A stretch of 64,000 nt of DNA from Trichoplax sp. H2 (taxonomy: Eukaryota), in assembly GCA_003344405.1 (NCBI GenBank), contig NOWV01000165.1, forward strand, positions 1-64,000, given 5' to 3'. Position 1 is the stretch's first letter. Each line of letters starts with the position of its first letter. The translations under genes were made by a program, and so were the position numbers. Positions 1-20,200 of this stretch are shown one piece after another. The notes beneath the pieces were generated by a model. That model was not told where the DNA came from and did no database searches. It saw only the letters and a program-made list of their open reading frames with translations.

Positions 1-1378
1 AAATTCATGCAATAGCTAAAAAGGGGCGATAAAAGTAAAATTCTCAGTTTGTTACTAAACATTTTTACAGCTATTGATTGCTGAAATATTGTCAATTGTG
101 TAAAAAAGACATGGTATGAAATTACCGCATAATTTACGCCTATTATCTGAGACTCGAAGGCATGATAATAAATTTTATGCAGGTGTACACCAGCAATAGA
201 ATAAGTATTCAATTAACTGGATATTAATGTATGTATACACTGAATATTGCAGTATGCTTAGAAGAATGAATTAGTATTTGATGTTTTGCGATTAAGCTAC
301 TTTTCGATCTTACCGTTTAGGTCTTCTAATAGTATTATCCGCCACTATAGGGGAATAACTATGAACTCTATGCAACTTCTGTAGGCGTTGGCGTTTAAGT
401 ACGTAATATTCTTTTAACAGCTTTATACCCTCGTACATAAATGATAACGCAAACCAAGCTAAGGTCGTGCCAATTAAACCTTATCGGATAAATAAATCAA
501 GGATATAACAGGTCTTTAAGCAACTTGAAGTATTTAATTGAATTTCCCAAACCAGATCATATTATGTTATTCATTTATAACTCATTATATAATATAATTG
601 TTCTTTGCACTAAAATGGCTAGTTGAATTGAATTTAAGCATTGAACAAGTAGTTGATGTGATACTTATTCAACGAGTATTTAAAACATTCAAAATTTAAG
701 AGATGACATTTCTAAATAGTTATGTGATTTCGATATGTTAGGACTCTAAGATATATCGTTGAACATCACGCCAAACACATAGTCATTACTAAATTAAAAA
801 TATTTATTTACTTTATTATCCTATCATTAGTGCCATCTACAGTATGCGGTCATGCAGTACATTGAAAACTAAATGCCACTACGATCAACACGATGCGGAG
901 ATGATTCAGGATCAAAATAGGCTTTATTTTAACCATGTACTACTACGAGAGGGATTGAGATAGAGACCACGAGATAGTGAAGCATGGGCTGTTTTCTACT
1001 GTACAGCTAAAGACAGTACATACTGTTTAATAGTCACTATCGAACTTAGAGTACCGTCAAACTGATATTAACTAAACCTATCTTTATCAGTAGTACTGTA
1101 GTATACAGTAAGTGCAACTGATACCATGTCATCAAAATTAGCACAAGAAAATACCTTAACGCATGTCAGCGCATCTATGTTGATACAATATATTACAATT
1201 AGCTTATAAATTCAAGTAATTTAATATACTGTAAAGGGTTCGAAGGGAAAATGTAATTATATAATAAGTGCTACCATATATCAGTACGTGTAACTTTACC
1301 TCCAGCGGTTGTAACATTCCAAGACTGGAATAACACGATCACTTTGTTACCGAAATGGAAAAACATGTGCATCATCAT
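1..1378 (-). CDS. SLC31A: Copper transporter, CTR/SLC31 family (CTR2-like short N-terminus); 5' part only, continues beyond the window's left edge
   Basis: Exon 1378-1300 reads MMMHMFFHFGNKVIVLFQSWNVTTAG|G (ttcaccATG start, GTAAAG donor). Exon 479-314 reads GLIGTTLAWFALSFMYEGIKLLKEYYVLKRQRLQKLHRVHSYSPIVADNTIRRPKR (AG acceptor, GTAAGA donor, phases match). Met-x-Met-x-F-x-F-G...LF.SW and TM1 followed by YEGIK are CTR hallmarks. A possible third exon starts at position 15 (ttttag|CTATTGCATG). Confidence 0.88.
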
Positions 1379-4201
1379 GGTGAAATTGATAATACAATCA
1401 ACATACAGTAATCAGCTTGATGTAGTTTTCTGCTAGACATGAAAGAAATAAGGGATTATTACGTTGTAGCATTACAAATGGAATCAATCCATCGAGCGCG
1501 CAATATTCTCCACTAGAAGTTGTTTGTTCGTTTACCGTTATGATTACTAATACGTTGGTGTATCAGTCAATCTTGACAACATCGATCATGGAGATAAGAA
1601 TAAAGATTAAAGTGAAAACGCTATCATTCACATCGTCTAATAATCTGTATAACTTGAGTTCGATGTAAAATGCTTCGTCATGCAAAACTGTATAGAAATT
1701 CTTCTAACCATTCTACGTCGAAATAGTATAATAACCAAGTCATACAAATGCATCAATATCAATGGAAGACTTATGTAGGTTAGAACTGTATAGTAATCTA
1801 TGTAAAACAACTTGGCATGATTAACGTCTTTAAGATCAGAAATCAATTGGTTCATTTTATTTTATCTTATCTACTTACATAATTTCGATTGGCGATAGCT
1901 GTGACCGTTCGAAATTTTCTCTCAGGCTCAGCTCACGAGTGATAGGAAAGGGATAGGACGGCACAACGACTTCGGCACCTTTATACTGTAATGGATAGCA
2001 ATGAGCAAGAGAAGTACTGTACTGTACTGTACGGTACGGATACAGTACAGTATACAGTACAAAGTACTAGTGTACAATGTACTGTAAAATACAGTCACTA
2101 GAGGTCTGCATGGTCTGGTCTGGTCTAGTCTAGTTGAATACTGTGAGAGTGTGAGTCAGTGCGTTTAATCTACTGTACAGTACAGCATTGGGATTTTCAA
2201 AGCCCTTTTAAGTCAAAATATGAATTGTTGGTTGTGATTGAATTGTGTCTTGAAGAAACTAAATTTCAGATCGGGCTACACCAAGAACAGTAAATTCCGT
2301 TAGAGACTTCTAATAAGGGGAATTTCTTCTTTAAAAAGTTCTGATTTCGTCGCTGCAAATCTTTACTTACTATGATACAGAGCTGACATTGACCAGGCAG
2401 ACCAGATAGAGTGCATCGTTAATACAGTCAGTGCAATATATTGATTTACTGGATTTATTGAATCCACACAATACAGTACAGTGAAAATTCACATAACTTC
2501 ATTCATAATTTGAGTTTGCGAGTGCTAGAGATCTGCATTAAAGTCGAAAAGTTTGTTTTAATTTGTGAATACCGTACAATATACAATACACAGTCCTAAA
2601 TTGCCGAGGGGGTAATTCGAGTCAGACTGGAATAATGCATTATGTAAGTACGTATTCACAAATGTTTCCAATGCGTGGATGGTTCGTGAAACGTCAGCAA
2701 GTCATGCAAGCTATAACTTTCACTATTACTAATCACTTGTACAGGATATTATATTAATCGACAATAGTATTACTTGCAGAGATTATCCCACAGGGTGCAA
2801 AAATGAATTGTATTAATGTCTACTGCATAGCATTCGCTTCCAGTGAATCAATCAAGACATTTATTCGATCGAAAAGGTAGCCGTGAATGTTTTTAGCATG
2901 TCTATTGAATAGATTCAAGACAATTGCCTGATCTAAATAAAGGTAATAAGTAAGCAGAGATTGATGTAGCAGTTCAAAGACCAAGAGTGAAATTAAACCA
3001 CTAATTCTCATCTCGTATATTGAAATGGTGAATAGTTCGTGGTCGTTAATCATGTATCTGTGTTTCATTGATGGCAATACCAATCCTTTAATAGATTGTT
3101 AAGATGACATTTACAATCCACAAAGTCCATCTCCGAAATACCCTGCTCACATTTATACGTACACTATCAGTAAAGGCGTAGGATAGGCTAGTGTTTACTT
3201 TATGGTCAATACACTATTTATAATGATCAATGGATACGTAGAAAGATCTTGCGCGTACACGTTGACAGCTCATACTGTAAGCAGTTAGTTAAACTTTATT
3301 ATATCACACACCAATAATAAAATCATTCAAAGATCATAACTTCCTGTACACGTACAAACTTTATTTATATTGTAGTATCACACGTATTATTTTACTTAAC
3401 AATAATCCTTGGTAAAATGCTCTACTATTAAGTTATATAAGGCAAATTTATTGCAATGAAGTAAACTTCATCTCAAGTCAATTATATTCTAGAAGATAAA
3501 GTTGAGCATTAAAATACGTGTATAAATTAATTAATCAGAACGGACAATGAACGTTATTATCAGAAGTAAAAATTGTAATATAGCATACAACATCAATTAT
3601 CAATTATCGATAAAAGCAGTAGACGAAGCATCATCAATCCTAAATATAGATTATATCTACTGTACATTCAGTACAATTACTGTCAGTGCGATTTGGAAGC
3701 CATTTGCACTCATTCTATAAATGAAAAAATTAGACATGGTCCAATATTGATCAATATTGAGAAACAAAATGCCAAACAGGATCATGCAGTAAACCACATC
3801 CTACTGATAGTACAGTACAAATACATTGGTAGTGTATGAGTAAAGAATAGAATTTGGTGCACTAATACACGGGCTGAATTTTTAATGTTTTCTGATATAC
3901 GCTAACAAACCGTAGTATACTGCATCAGTAGAGTAATGAACCCCCTTAAAAACAGAGTATTTACGAATTAACAACGACTTACATCAATGACCAATATTAA
4001 CGTAGACAGGATTCGAGTAGAATAAAACAAAAATTACAAATAGACCGGATTCTAACGTTTTGTAACTAAAAGCATGAATCGTATATAGATGGGTTGGTTA
4101 CAGGAGTTTTATCATGAATATTCTTTCAATTAGATAACTTTTTTACGATAATAACTGACGGAAAAGTTTTAGAGAATTAATTAAAGATTGATTGCATAAC
4201 C

Positions 4202-6742
4202 CTAGGGTTTATGTCCTTCAACTTTATAAAAGATTACATTATTATCACATGGATCAGTAGCTTGCCAATAGTTGTCAGCCAGAGGAGTTAATTTAACTGG
4301 GAAAGAAAGCTTTGATATTAACATTTCAGGATCTTCGAGTTCAAAACAAAGGCGGCAAACTTCCATTTTGACAGTTTTCTCGTCAGGAACATGTATAATC
4401 ATTATCTCAAAATCCTTGGCTAGTAGGAACTTACAATACTCAGTGACATCGACATCAACATTGAGATTGTCGTAAGCAGTTTGCCCAGTAACAGTCGAAT
4501 AGAATTCTTTCATTTCCTTATACTTCTCACCAATATACAACTTCAGAACTGCACCTGCAGCTACGGCTCCTTGCCGAACGGAAAATGGGATAATTCCGTA
4601 TTCTTTATAAGCGTAAAATATTTCAGATCTACCTGGGACATTAACGACCTTTGACATTGTATCTGTTAGCTGGATTGGAGCCCAGTCTTTACTTGTTTCT
4701 AGATACGATTGCAATTTGCCACCCAGATCTTGCACAACAGGAACGAATCGTAACGATAATATCATGGAAGGAGCAATTTTGCCTTGAGTTAAATCTTTCT
4801 GTTTATAATACCGAATATCTTGCGATGTTTCGGGTTCTCGAACTGAAACATATCCCATTGCGCCAGAATAATGTTGTAAAATTTTATCGAGATGGTCATG
4901 TATCTTATCTCCTTCGTCTGGTTTACTGACAATTTCAACATAAGCTTTAGTTAACAATATATCTTGCTCGACAGCTGAAAAAGGTTAATAAATAGTGTAA
5001 GTGCAATATATACGCGTCATATTTTTTTTAAATCATAAGAACTTGATTCGTAATACTGTACATTATAGAATCCAGTATGCACTTATCGCTAATACTGTAG
5101 TTGCACAATACAGTAGTGTAAGTTAGCAACCATGAATTTTTGATCAAAAATTCCTTTAGATGTGTTTACAGTACAGCGATTTTATATATTATTATAGTTT
5201 GATAAGATCATAATAAACTCATTCAAAATAGATAGATAGAGTCATATGTTAAAATGATGCACAGATACCCCACAATTAAATTAATGATTAATGAATCAAA
5301 GGTGAGATTTCGCCATGTGTTTTTAAAGTTGGATAGATAACTGTATGTGTGCTAAAAAGAAATGAGTATGATGTCCAAGGGTGAAGATTTTCGAGTAAAT
5401 TCTATGATGAAATGAGGTCAAAACAGAAATAAACATTGAAACTCCTTTTCTACTCGACGCCATTTTACTGGCACGGTATTATTGTTTTCTGATATATCTA
5501 CTTAGAATAGCATTGTCAATCAATTATTCAACTATGAACAGTAAACACTAAGAAGATTGCCTATTATTGAAATTTACAATAGTTAAATGAGTCCTTTTTA
5601 AAATGACTCACGTTCAATTCGTAGGACTTTATGACCTTTCAAGTCGGAAAGTTTATTGGCCATGAACGCTTCCCCTAAGGCATTGAAATCCTCATTTCTA
5701 AATAGGTACACGATAGCCTGTAGTTTACGGAATTGATGGATCTCTGCGAATTTGCTCTTTTTGCTATTGACGATGCCGCAACTTTCGTAAAGCTTCTTGG
5801 CAACAACATCGATATTATCCTGATCTAGGCCAGGGCCTTCAAAAGTCAGTAACAGTTGTGTTACGTTATTCTTGAACGTGGTCAGCTCCGTGCTTCCCCA
5901 TTTCCTATGTAGCTAAAGCGATAAACATTTTGAATGATCACACATTATGCAATACTTTAATAAACAATTACCACAAGCAGGCTTGAGCTACAATTTGATG
6001 CACGGATAGAATCAAAATATTTTGTATATAGGCTACTTTTGAATGGGATGACGGGTTTAGCGAAAAGAGAACGAGACAAGGTGCATCATTCTGTAATTAT
6101 TGAAGTAGCAGTAACTACAGTAATGTGAGACTTGATGAATAGCAAAGAAAATGGTAGTCGCAGATAGTCATTTCATTAGCGTACAGTAATTAACTTAATA
6201 AAGAAAAAACGTAGCAAAAAGAGCGGTCATTGATTGACGATAGTAACTTCAGCACTTTGAATTAATGGATTGACTACTTTCAATTCACTGTGATAACCAT
6301 AAGATAGAGTGATCAATCCTGATGAAACTGTTGCCCATCAACGCTGCGTCGATCGACAGAATGGTGCTGTCTACGTCAACAAGTAAAACTAATCAGGCTT
6401 CAATAAGAGTCGAGATTAGAATAACAACAGCTACAGTACCGTCCTTGAAAGAAAAATGCGGTCTGATTGACGCTTAGGTCACTAAAGTGCTTGATCAACA
6501 GTTTGAATGTATTTTGCTCCTAGTGCAGTAAGGTCGTTGAAATGCAATCCATCCTTGTTGAATCTTGCATGCTGCAGCCAGTTCTCCCCCAAAATCACGA
6601 ATTGATTTACCTTTCTAACGTATCTTGGTTTCAAAGAAGATGCCACTCCACCATCATAATAATAGACCTTCTCCAAGATAGCTTCAATCGTTTTGGGTAG
6701 AACTTCCGCGATGCCATCCACAACATCCATGTCGTCAGCCAT
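4202..6742 (-). CDS. FAM124: FAM124-family protein (~425 aa) with an unassigned N-terminal extension
   Basis: Exons 6742-6611, 6519-6440, 5904-5612 and 4974-4202 all have GT-AG junctions with consistent phases (0, 2, 1); total 1278 nt. The C-terminal 250 aa resemble FAM124A/B from memory: V.I...P.E...I...LD.IL, EMKEFYSTVTGQ (cf. SLRFYQLILRR), L.F...D...L...L, PLADNYWQATDPCDNNVIF (cf. PISEGRWQTEDHDGNKILL). Confidence 0.72.
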
Positions 6743-7103
6743 TTTGGTCTTGTATTTTATCAATTTTTCCGTCAAATAGTCCACTTGCAAATAAGGCACA
6801 ACGATCTAGACACCGCTTACTGTATGCTTGAGGGCTTGAAGGCGGAACCACCAAAAGCCTATCGCTGCAGATTGATCAGCTTTGGTGCTTCCTATAGTCT
6901 ACACTTGTATATACAGTACAGTACAGTATATATAGACGCGCCTATACAATGCAGTAGCTACTATTTATAGTACAGGCCGTTCAAGGCACTGGCAGAAAGT
7001 TCTGGTAGTCTATGGTCTGGAACAGCTGTTTCTATTCGACAATACTGTATAATAGAGAGTTGCGGCGGATGTGGCTAATAGGGGATTTCCGTGCGACGTG
7101 ATG

Positions 7104-7223
7104 AGCTTGCGATCCGATCAACTTCTAGAAGTCTATGGGAGCTGGGAGGTAGCAAAATAGCTTGCGATCCGATCAACTTCTAGAAGTCTGAGGGAGCTGG
7201 GAGGTAGCAAAATAGCTTGCGAT
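7104..7223. repeat. 55-bp tandem repeat, ~2.2 copies
   Basis: The unit agcttgcgatccgatcaacttctagaagtct(at/ga)gggagctgggaggtagcaaaat starts at 7104 and 7159, with a partial copy at 7214. Each full unit contains the 12-bp palindrome ACTTCTAGAAGT. Confidence 0.92.
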
Positions 7224-7344
7224 GAAGTATCCAATCAATGGTCTGATGAAGACCATGGACTAATTACTAGCCTGTGATAGCTTGGGGTGATGAGCGTGGG
7301 GTAAAATCTCCTCAATCCTCATACTGTACTCATTTTCTTTTCAG

Positions 7345-8275
7345 ACTCAGAAAAAGGCAAAAAAATAGCGCTGAAACTAAGGTAAAATTACTATACTTTA
7401 TAGCGTTAAGCAAGAACAGTCCATCCCAAAGTTGGAAACAAAAACAAAAAATAGTACTGAATCTACAAGGTAAAATTACTATACTTTACATCATTATGCA
7501 AGAACAGTCGAAGCCCATAGTAATAGTTACTATGTACGGCACTTGCTATCCCAAAGTTGGAAAAAGGGAAAAAAATAGTACTGAAACTAAGGTAAAATTA
7601 CTCAACTTTATGGGATTATGCAACAACAGTCGAAGCCCATACTAATATTTGTTATGTGCTAGACTGCTAGCTATGTACTTGCTATCCCAAAGTTGGAAAC
7701 AAAAAATAGTACTGAAATTAAGGTAAAATTGCTATACTTTATAGCATTCTTCAAAAACAGTCAAAGCCTGTAGTAATATTTACTATGATCTGTACTTTGC
7801 TATCGCAAAGTTGGAAACAAAAACAAAAAATAGTACTGAAACTAAGGTAAAATTGCAATACTTTATAGGATTCTTCAAGAACAGTCGAAGCCTATAGTAA
7901 TATTGCTATACTTTATAGCATTCTTCAAAAACAGTCACAGCCTATACTTTGCTATCGCAAAGTTGGAAACAAAAACAAAAAATAGTACTAAAACTAAGGT
8001 AAAATTACGATACTTTATAGCATTCTTCAAGAACAGTCGAAGCCTATAGTAATATTGCTATACTTATAGCATTCTTCAAAAACAGTCAAAGCCTATAGTA
8101 ATATTTACTATGATCTGTACTTTGCTATCCCAAAGTTGGAAACAAAAACAAAAAATAGTACTGAAACTAAGGTAAAATTGCTATATTTTATAGGATTCTT
8201 CAAGAACAGTCGAAGCCTATAGTAATATTTGCTATGTTTCCAACTTTGCTATCCCAAAGTTGGAAACAAAAATAA
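7345..8275. repeat. Minisatellite, ~120-170-bp units (~7-8 copies) with an internal ~45-bp sub-duplication
   Basis: The anchor atc(c/g)caaagttgg recurs at about 7423, 7548, 7684, 7802, 7954, 8126 and 8251. All but the last are followed by aaaaaatagtact(g/a)aa...aaggtaaaatt...ctttat...aacagtc(g/a)aagcc. Confidence 0.93.
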
Positions 8276-8282
8276 ACACATT

Positions 8283-8388
8283 CTACAGTACAGTACAGTA
8301 CATACTTTACAGTACTGTGCACTGTGCAAGGTACTGTATGTACTGTAGAACAAGGGTGTACAGTACTGTACTGTACTGTACTGTACAA
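8283..8388. repeat. (TACAG)n / (CTGTA)n inverted pentamer cluster upstream of SKI2
   Basis: tacagtacagtacagtaca at 8284-8302 faces a (ctgta)n run at about 8366-8385. Confidence 0.85.
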
Positions 8389-8631
8389 TAGTACGTCCTT
8401 GTGCTGATACTATAGTCTAATTCTGGGCTGCTATCATTTCTACAAAGATCGTTTGTACAACTGACACATGGATGGATGGACGATATCCAGGGCAGAACTG
8501 ACGGTGACATCCAAACTTTATACGGTTGCGCATTTGGTAAACACCAACACGACTGACATACTCAGGCGTTGAGGAGAGAAAGTTCTTCTTGTTTATCAAG
8601 TTAGTAGCACCGGGTTGAGTCGATGTTCAGC

Positions 8632-16681
<8,050 letters not shown>

Positions 16682-17229
16682 TCTATTAATTATTGGGTTA
16701 TGTGGCATGTAAAATAGATATCGATAAGAATATGTATATATACGTGTATTGTTGATACATCACTAGTTTTCAGTTACAACTGATTGAACATGTAACGCAT
16801 TTTTTGAAATTGTACAGTCAAAGAAGTGTATACATATATATCAATTTGGAAAATGTATTACGTAATTTCTATTAAGTCGATAACAATATGCTGATACAGA
16901 CTTTAGTTAATATTACAAATAACGGATAACGAATTAATCATTTGATGGAAGAATGTGAAAACATAATCTTAAAGAAATGAAGGTTGGTAATATGGCATAC
17001 GAACGTAAATGTCCTCATTAAGGCCTTTTAAGATAATTACTTGCAATAATATTGTATCTTTGTGATGTAGATCACTGTTAAACAGTAATGTTCCTGTATG
17101 TATATAAATGTACACATTATATATATATCTATATTATGTATCCTTATCATAAAATTGTAATGTTTTGATTAAATTGACTGATTGTATCATTATCAGCAGC
17201 AGTTACACATCCATAGAACTAAGGTCAAG

Positions 17230-20200
17230 TTAGTATGTAATTTTACGTTTACATAACTTTCTATATTTCCCACGTGTACAGAAATACCAGTACATGTAGA
17301 AAATGATAACGCCTGCGGTAAGATACATGATGATGCAAAATGATATATCCACTGTATTCATTAAACTAACATCCCAGCCCATTTGGATAACACCACTTCC
17401 ACTTGGTGCTCGAACGTAATTTACATGTAGCGGTAATTCCGCACCATTTTCGTTGTATTCAATATCGGAGTAAAATTTTTGTAAAAATTTCAAAACATTA
17501 TCTTTATTCCATTTGATGGTACTGTCGTTGTAAGACTGTGATGGCAATCGGCATGTAGGACATAAATATAAAGGTGGAAACTGAACTTTAGGAAATTCAG
17601 GATCGGTACTTTTGTCGTCCTTTAATCTTGAATTGGCTTTATTATGAGCTCTCCATAGCCACAATACAGCATCGTCATTGCTTTTAACTGTTGAACTGAT
17701 TGTGGCAGCTTCTTTCAAAAAGTGATAACGACATTTCTGACAGCTAAAAAAGTATTGTACAAAATTGCGGACACCATATAGTATTTTCCGGCGATCCATT
17801 GCCATCCCGAAATTGCTTTGGCAATTCTGCGTCATTAAGGTATGAAATAAGGTCCATAAGCCGCATGGATAGCCACGCAAGTGCGAATGACTACCCATAC
17901 ATTTAGACCAAACTATTTTCTTTGGTAAACTAGCATTCTTAAAGCGCAAATAATCGTAGCATTACATATATGTGTATGTACAGAAACATTAAACAGTAAT
18001 ACTGATATTTTTTCCTCTACATCGTAGTAAATTGTAATATACAGTACCACAATCATTAAACAGTTTGATCTTACCATACTGTCAATAAAAGTTGTAATTT
18101 GTTCAGTAGAAATTTGATTAAGGTATTCTCTTTTATTCATCCATTTGTAAAGCAGCTGAAGAAATTTCATTCGTCGTGGAGAACCAGGATAACACTATAA
18201 TATCAATATTGGCAAAAATAAAATTTAACTGATGAACGATCTCTATAAAATCTATAAAATAGATATAAATTTTCAGACTGATAAACAGGTATTAAGCTAC
18301 CTTAGATAGTATCATGACAAAGTTTCTTAACGCTAACGTTTCATTTTTATTCAGTGTCGATTTTAAACACAGCTCTCGTCGAAATGCAAAAGTTATAGCT
18401 GAGTCTAAATCAATGATATTGACCCTATAAGTGGAAATCATAGAAAAAACATCATTACTCCCTATCTTTATTAGAGTGGTTGCTATGAATTTTTTTGTGC
18501 TATTATCGCTATCTTTTACAACTACGGTATGAGTATGTAGTAGTTTCATAGTTACTTTTTAAATTGTCGATGATGTACAGAAATACCCTACGTAAATTTA
18601 TGATCTTGTACACACTAATAGCAAGAAAGAGGCTATGCATACATGAATATATGTAATAGCCTACTTAGGTCTCGCTTTGGCAAAGCTATTATATAACTAA
18701 TCCAGGATCGCTGAACTTTTAGGGTGAAAGTGGAGGTATATTAAAAAAGTGCAATAAGGTCACTCTTTAGATAATATTAAGTATTTCATACTTGGCGGCA
18801 ACGGATGGCAAATGATGATTGTGTAGGTCTGTTTTCTTCTGATTCGTAGAATTAAGTTTAAATGACGATATAAGACCCATATTTTTAAATGATTTTACGT
18901 ATAATTTTCGAGATGAGTTCGACCTAGAACGTGTATACACAGAATTAGCTTATCATCATAATGATAATATAATCACTTGAACAGCTTTAGATAAATGCTT
19001 TTGATGTATGATGCCTTATAATTACTCTTACTTTACAGCAATCTTGACAATCTTGCTATTACGATGCAAGAAATAGACAGATGGATAGCTAGTGACATGA
19101 AATTTCGCGCTTAACAATTTCTGCAAGGAATATAAAATACAATAAGCAATTAAGTAATTATGACGATGAATAAACTTACGTATGTCGATTAGAACCTAGA
19201 GTATTATTTTTATAAACGACTACAAATTGAATTACTTTATTTCGATCTACTCGAAAAACGATCATTTCTTTATTGCTTGTTAAGTCTAGAGCCAGCTAGA
19301 GGTAAAAAAAAAACACGTGCTTTAGTAACAAACTTATTGAGTATATTGTGGCAATTGGTTCTGCAGTGTAAAGTAACGATGTTAACAACCTCACGGCCTA
19401 AGTAAGAATGAGAATCTTCAAATATAACAATGGCAGCATGATGGATAGGTAACATATTGGATAAAAGAGCACGAAAATGCTCAAATCTGTTCATCAAAAT
19501 GAGAAGATACATGAAGATAAATAAAGATTCATACACTATATATAAATACTTGATTATTACTCTATCTTAGAAATATCAACCATCATAAGTTTCATGGCAT
19601 AAAACTATAGAATAAATCATAAATGGTATTTTATGATTTACACTATGGCAATAAAATGTAAATAAAGTATTCATTTAATTTCTATTACTTGACAAAATGT
19701 AACCAGGGCAAATTACGGTTCCAATGCTGTTTAATGATATGGTCCACCATTGCTGTCCTCATGTCTTGAATGTTTTTTTCTCCTAATAGATTCATATCGA
19801 GAGTTTAGAAATATACAACACACTTGATTATTGCGATGCTAAAGTACTGTCATGATGAAGTGGGTAATCAACATCGGGTTAAATAAAAACATTCATAGTA
19901 TAATTTTCTGTCGAAGTGTTTTATGGGTTAATAGTGAGGTGAGAATACAAAAAATATTGAGAAAAGCAATACGGCCTACGGTAGTAAGGATTAGCTGCAA
20001 TGAGGCTATCGCTAAGGAAATACAGTCATGCTTTTCGATCTTCTACTTAGTATTTACTTGCTGGACATGTAAGTTTATGCTATGTACAACTGCATTCTTT
20101 ACGGTACGTACATTTTTAGATGGACCAGCATTTTATTTTAAAATATAAAGTCCATACTCCTTCAATATTGATGCGTTAATATACATATAAATGATTATGT

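Noticed and set aside
1637..1855. 72-aa hydrophobic ORF upstream of CTR
   Set aside because: No recognisable family and no splice link to the CTR exons. Probably chance, though a uORF cannot be excluded.
6440..6610. Apparent programmed +1 frameshift (CTT TAG T, RF2/antizyme-like) or double-stop readthrough at the end of ORF 6482-6799
   Set aside because: A 91-bp GT-AG intron (6610-6520; AAG|GTAAAT ... cactag|GAG) explains the frame change and gives a normal open spliced CDS.
7274..7645. 123-aa ORF
   Set aside because: It is a translation of the minisatellite and lacks a true ATG start.
7345..8275. CRISPR-like array (recurring CCCAAAGTTGGAAAC)
   Set aside because: The sequences between anchors are themselves repeats, not unique spacers. 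The context is eukaryotic and there are no cas genes.
8200..8599. Short minus-strand ORFs (MYSTVQYSTV...)
   Set aside because: They are translations of pentamer repeats and promoter sequence.
19180..19195. Possible 16-nt micro-exon (ctag|GTTCTAATCGACATAC|gtaagt) in a QSOX intron
   Set aside because: The flanking introns would be only about 40 and 60 nt, and the gene is in frame without it.
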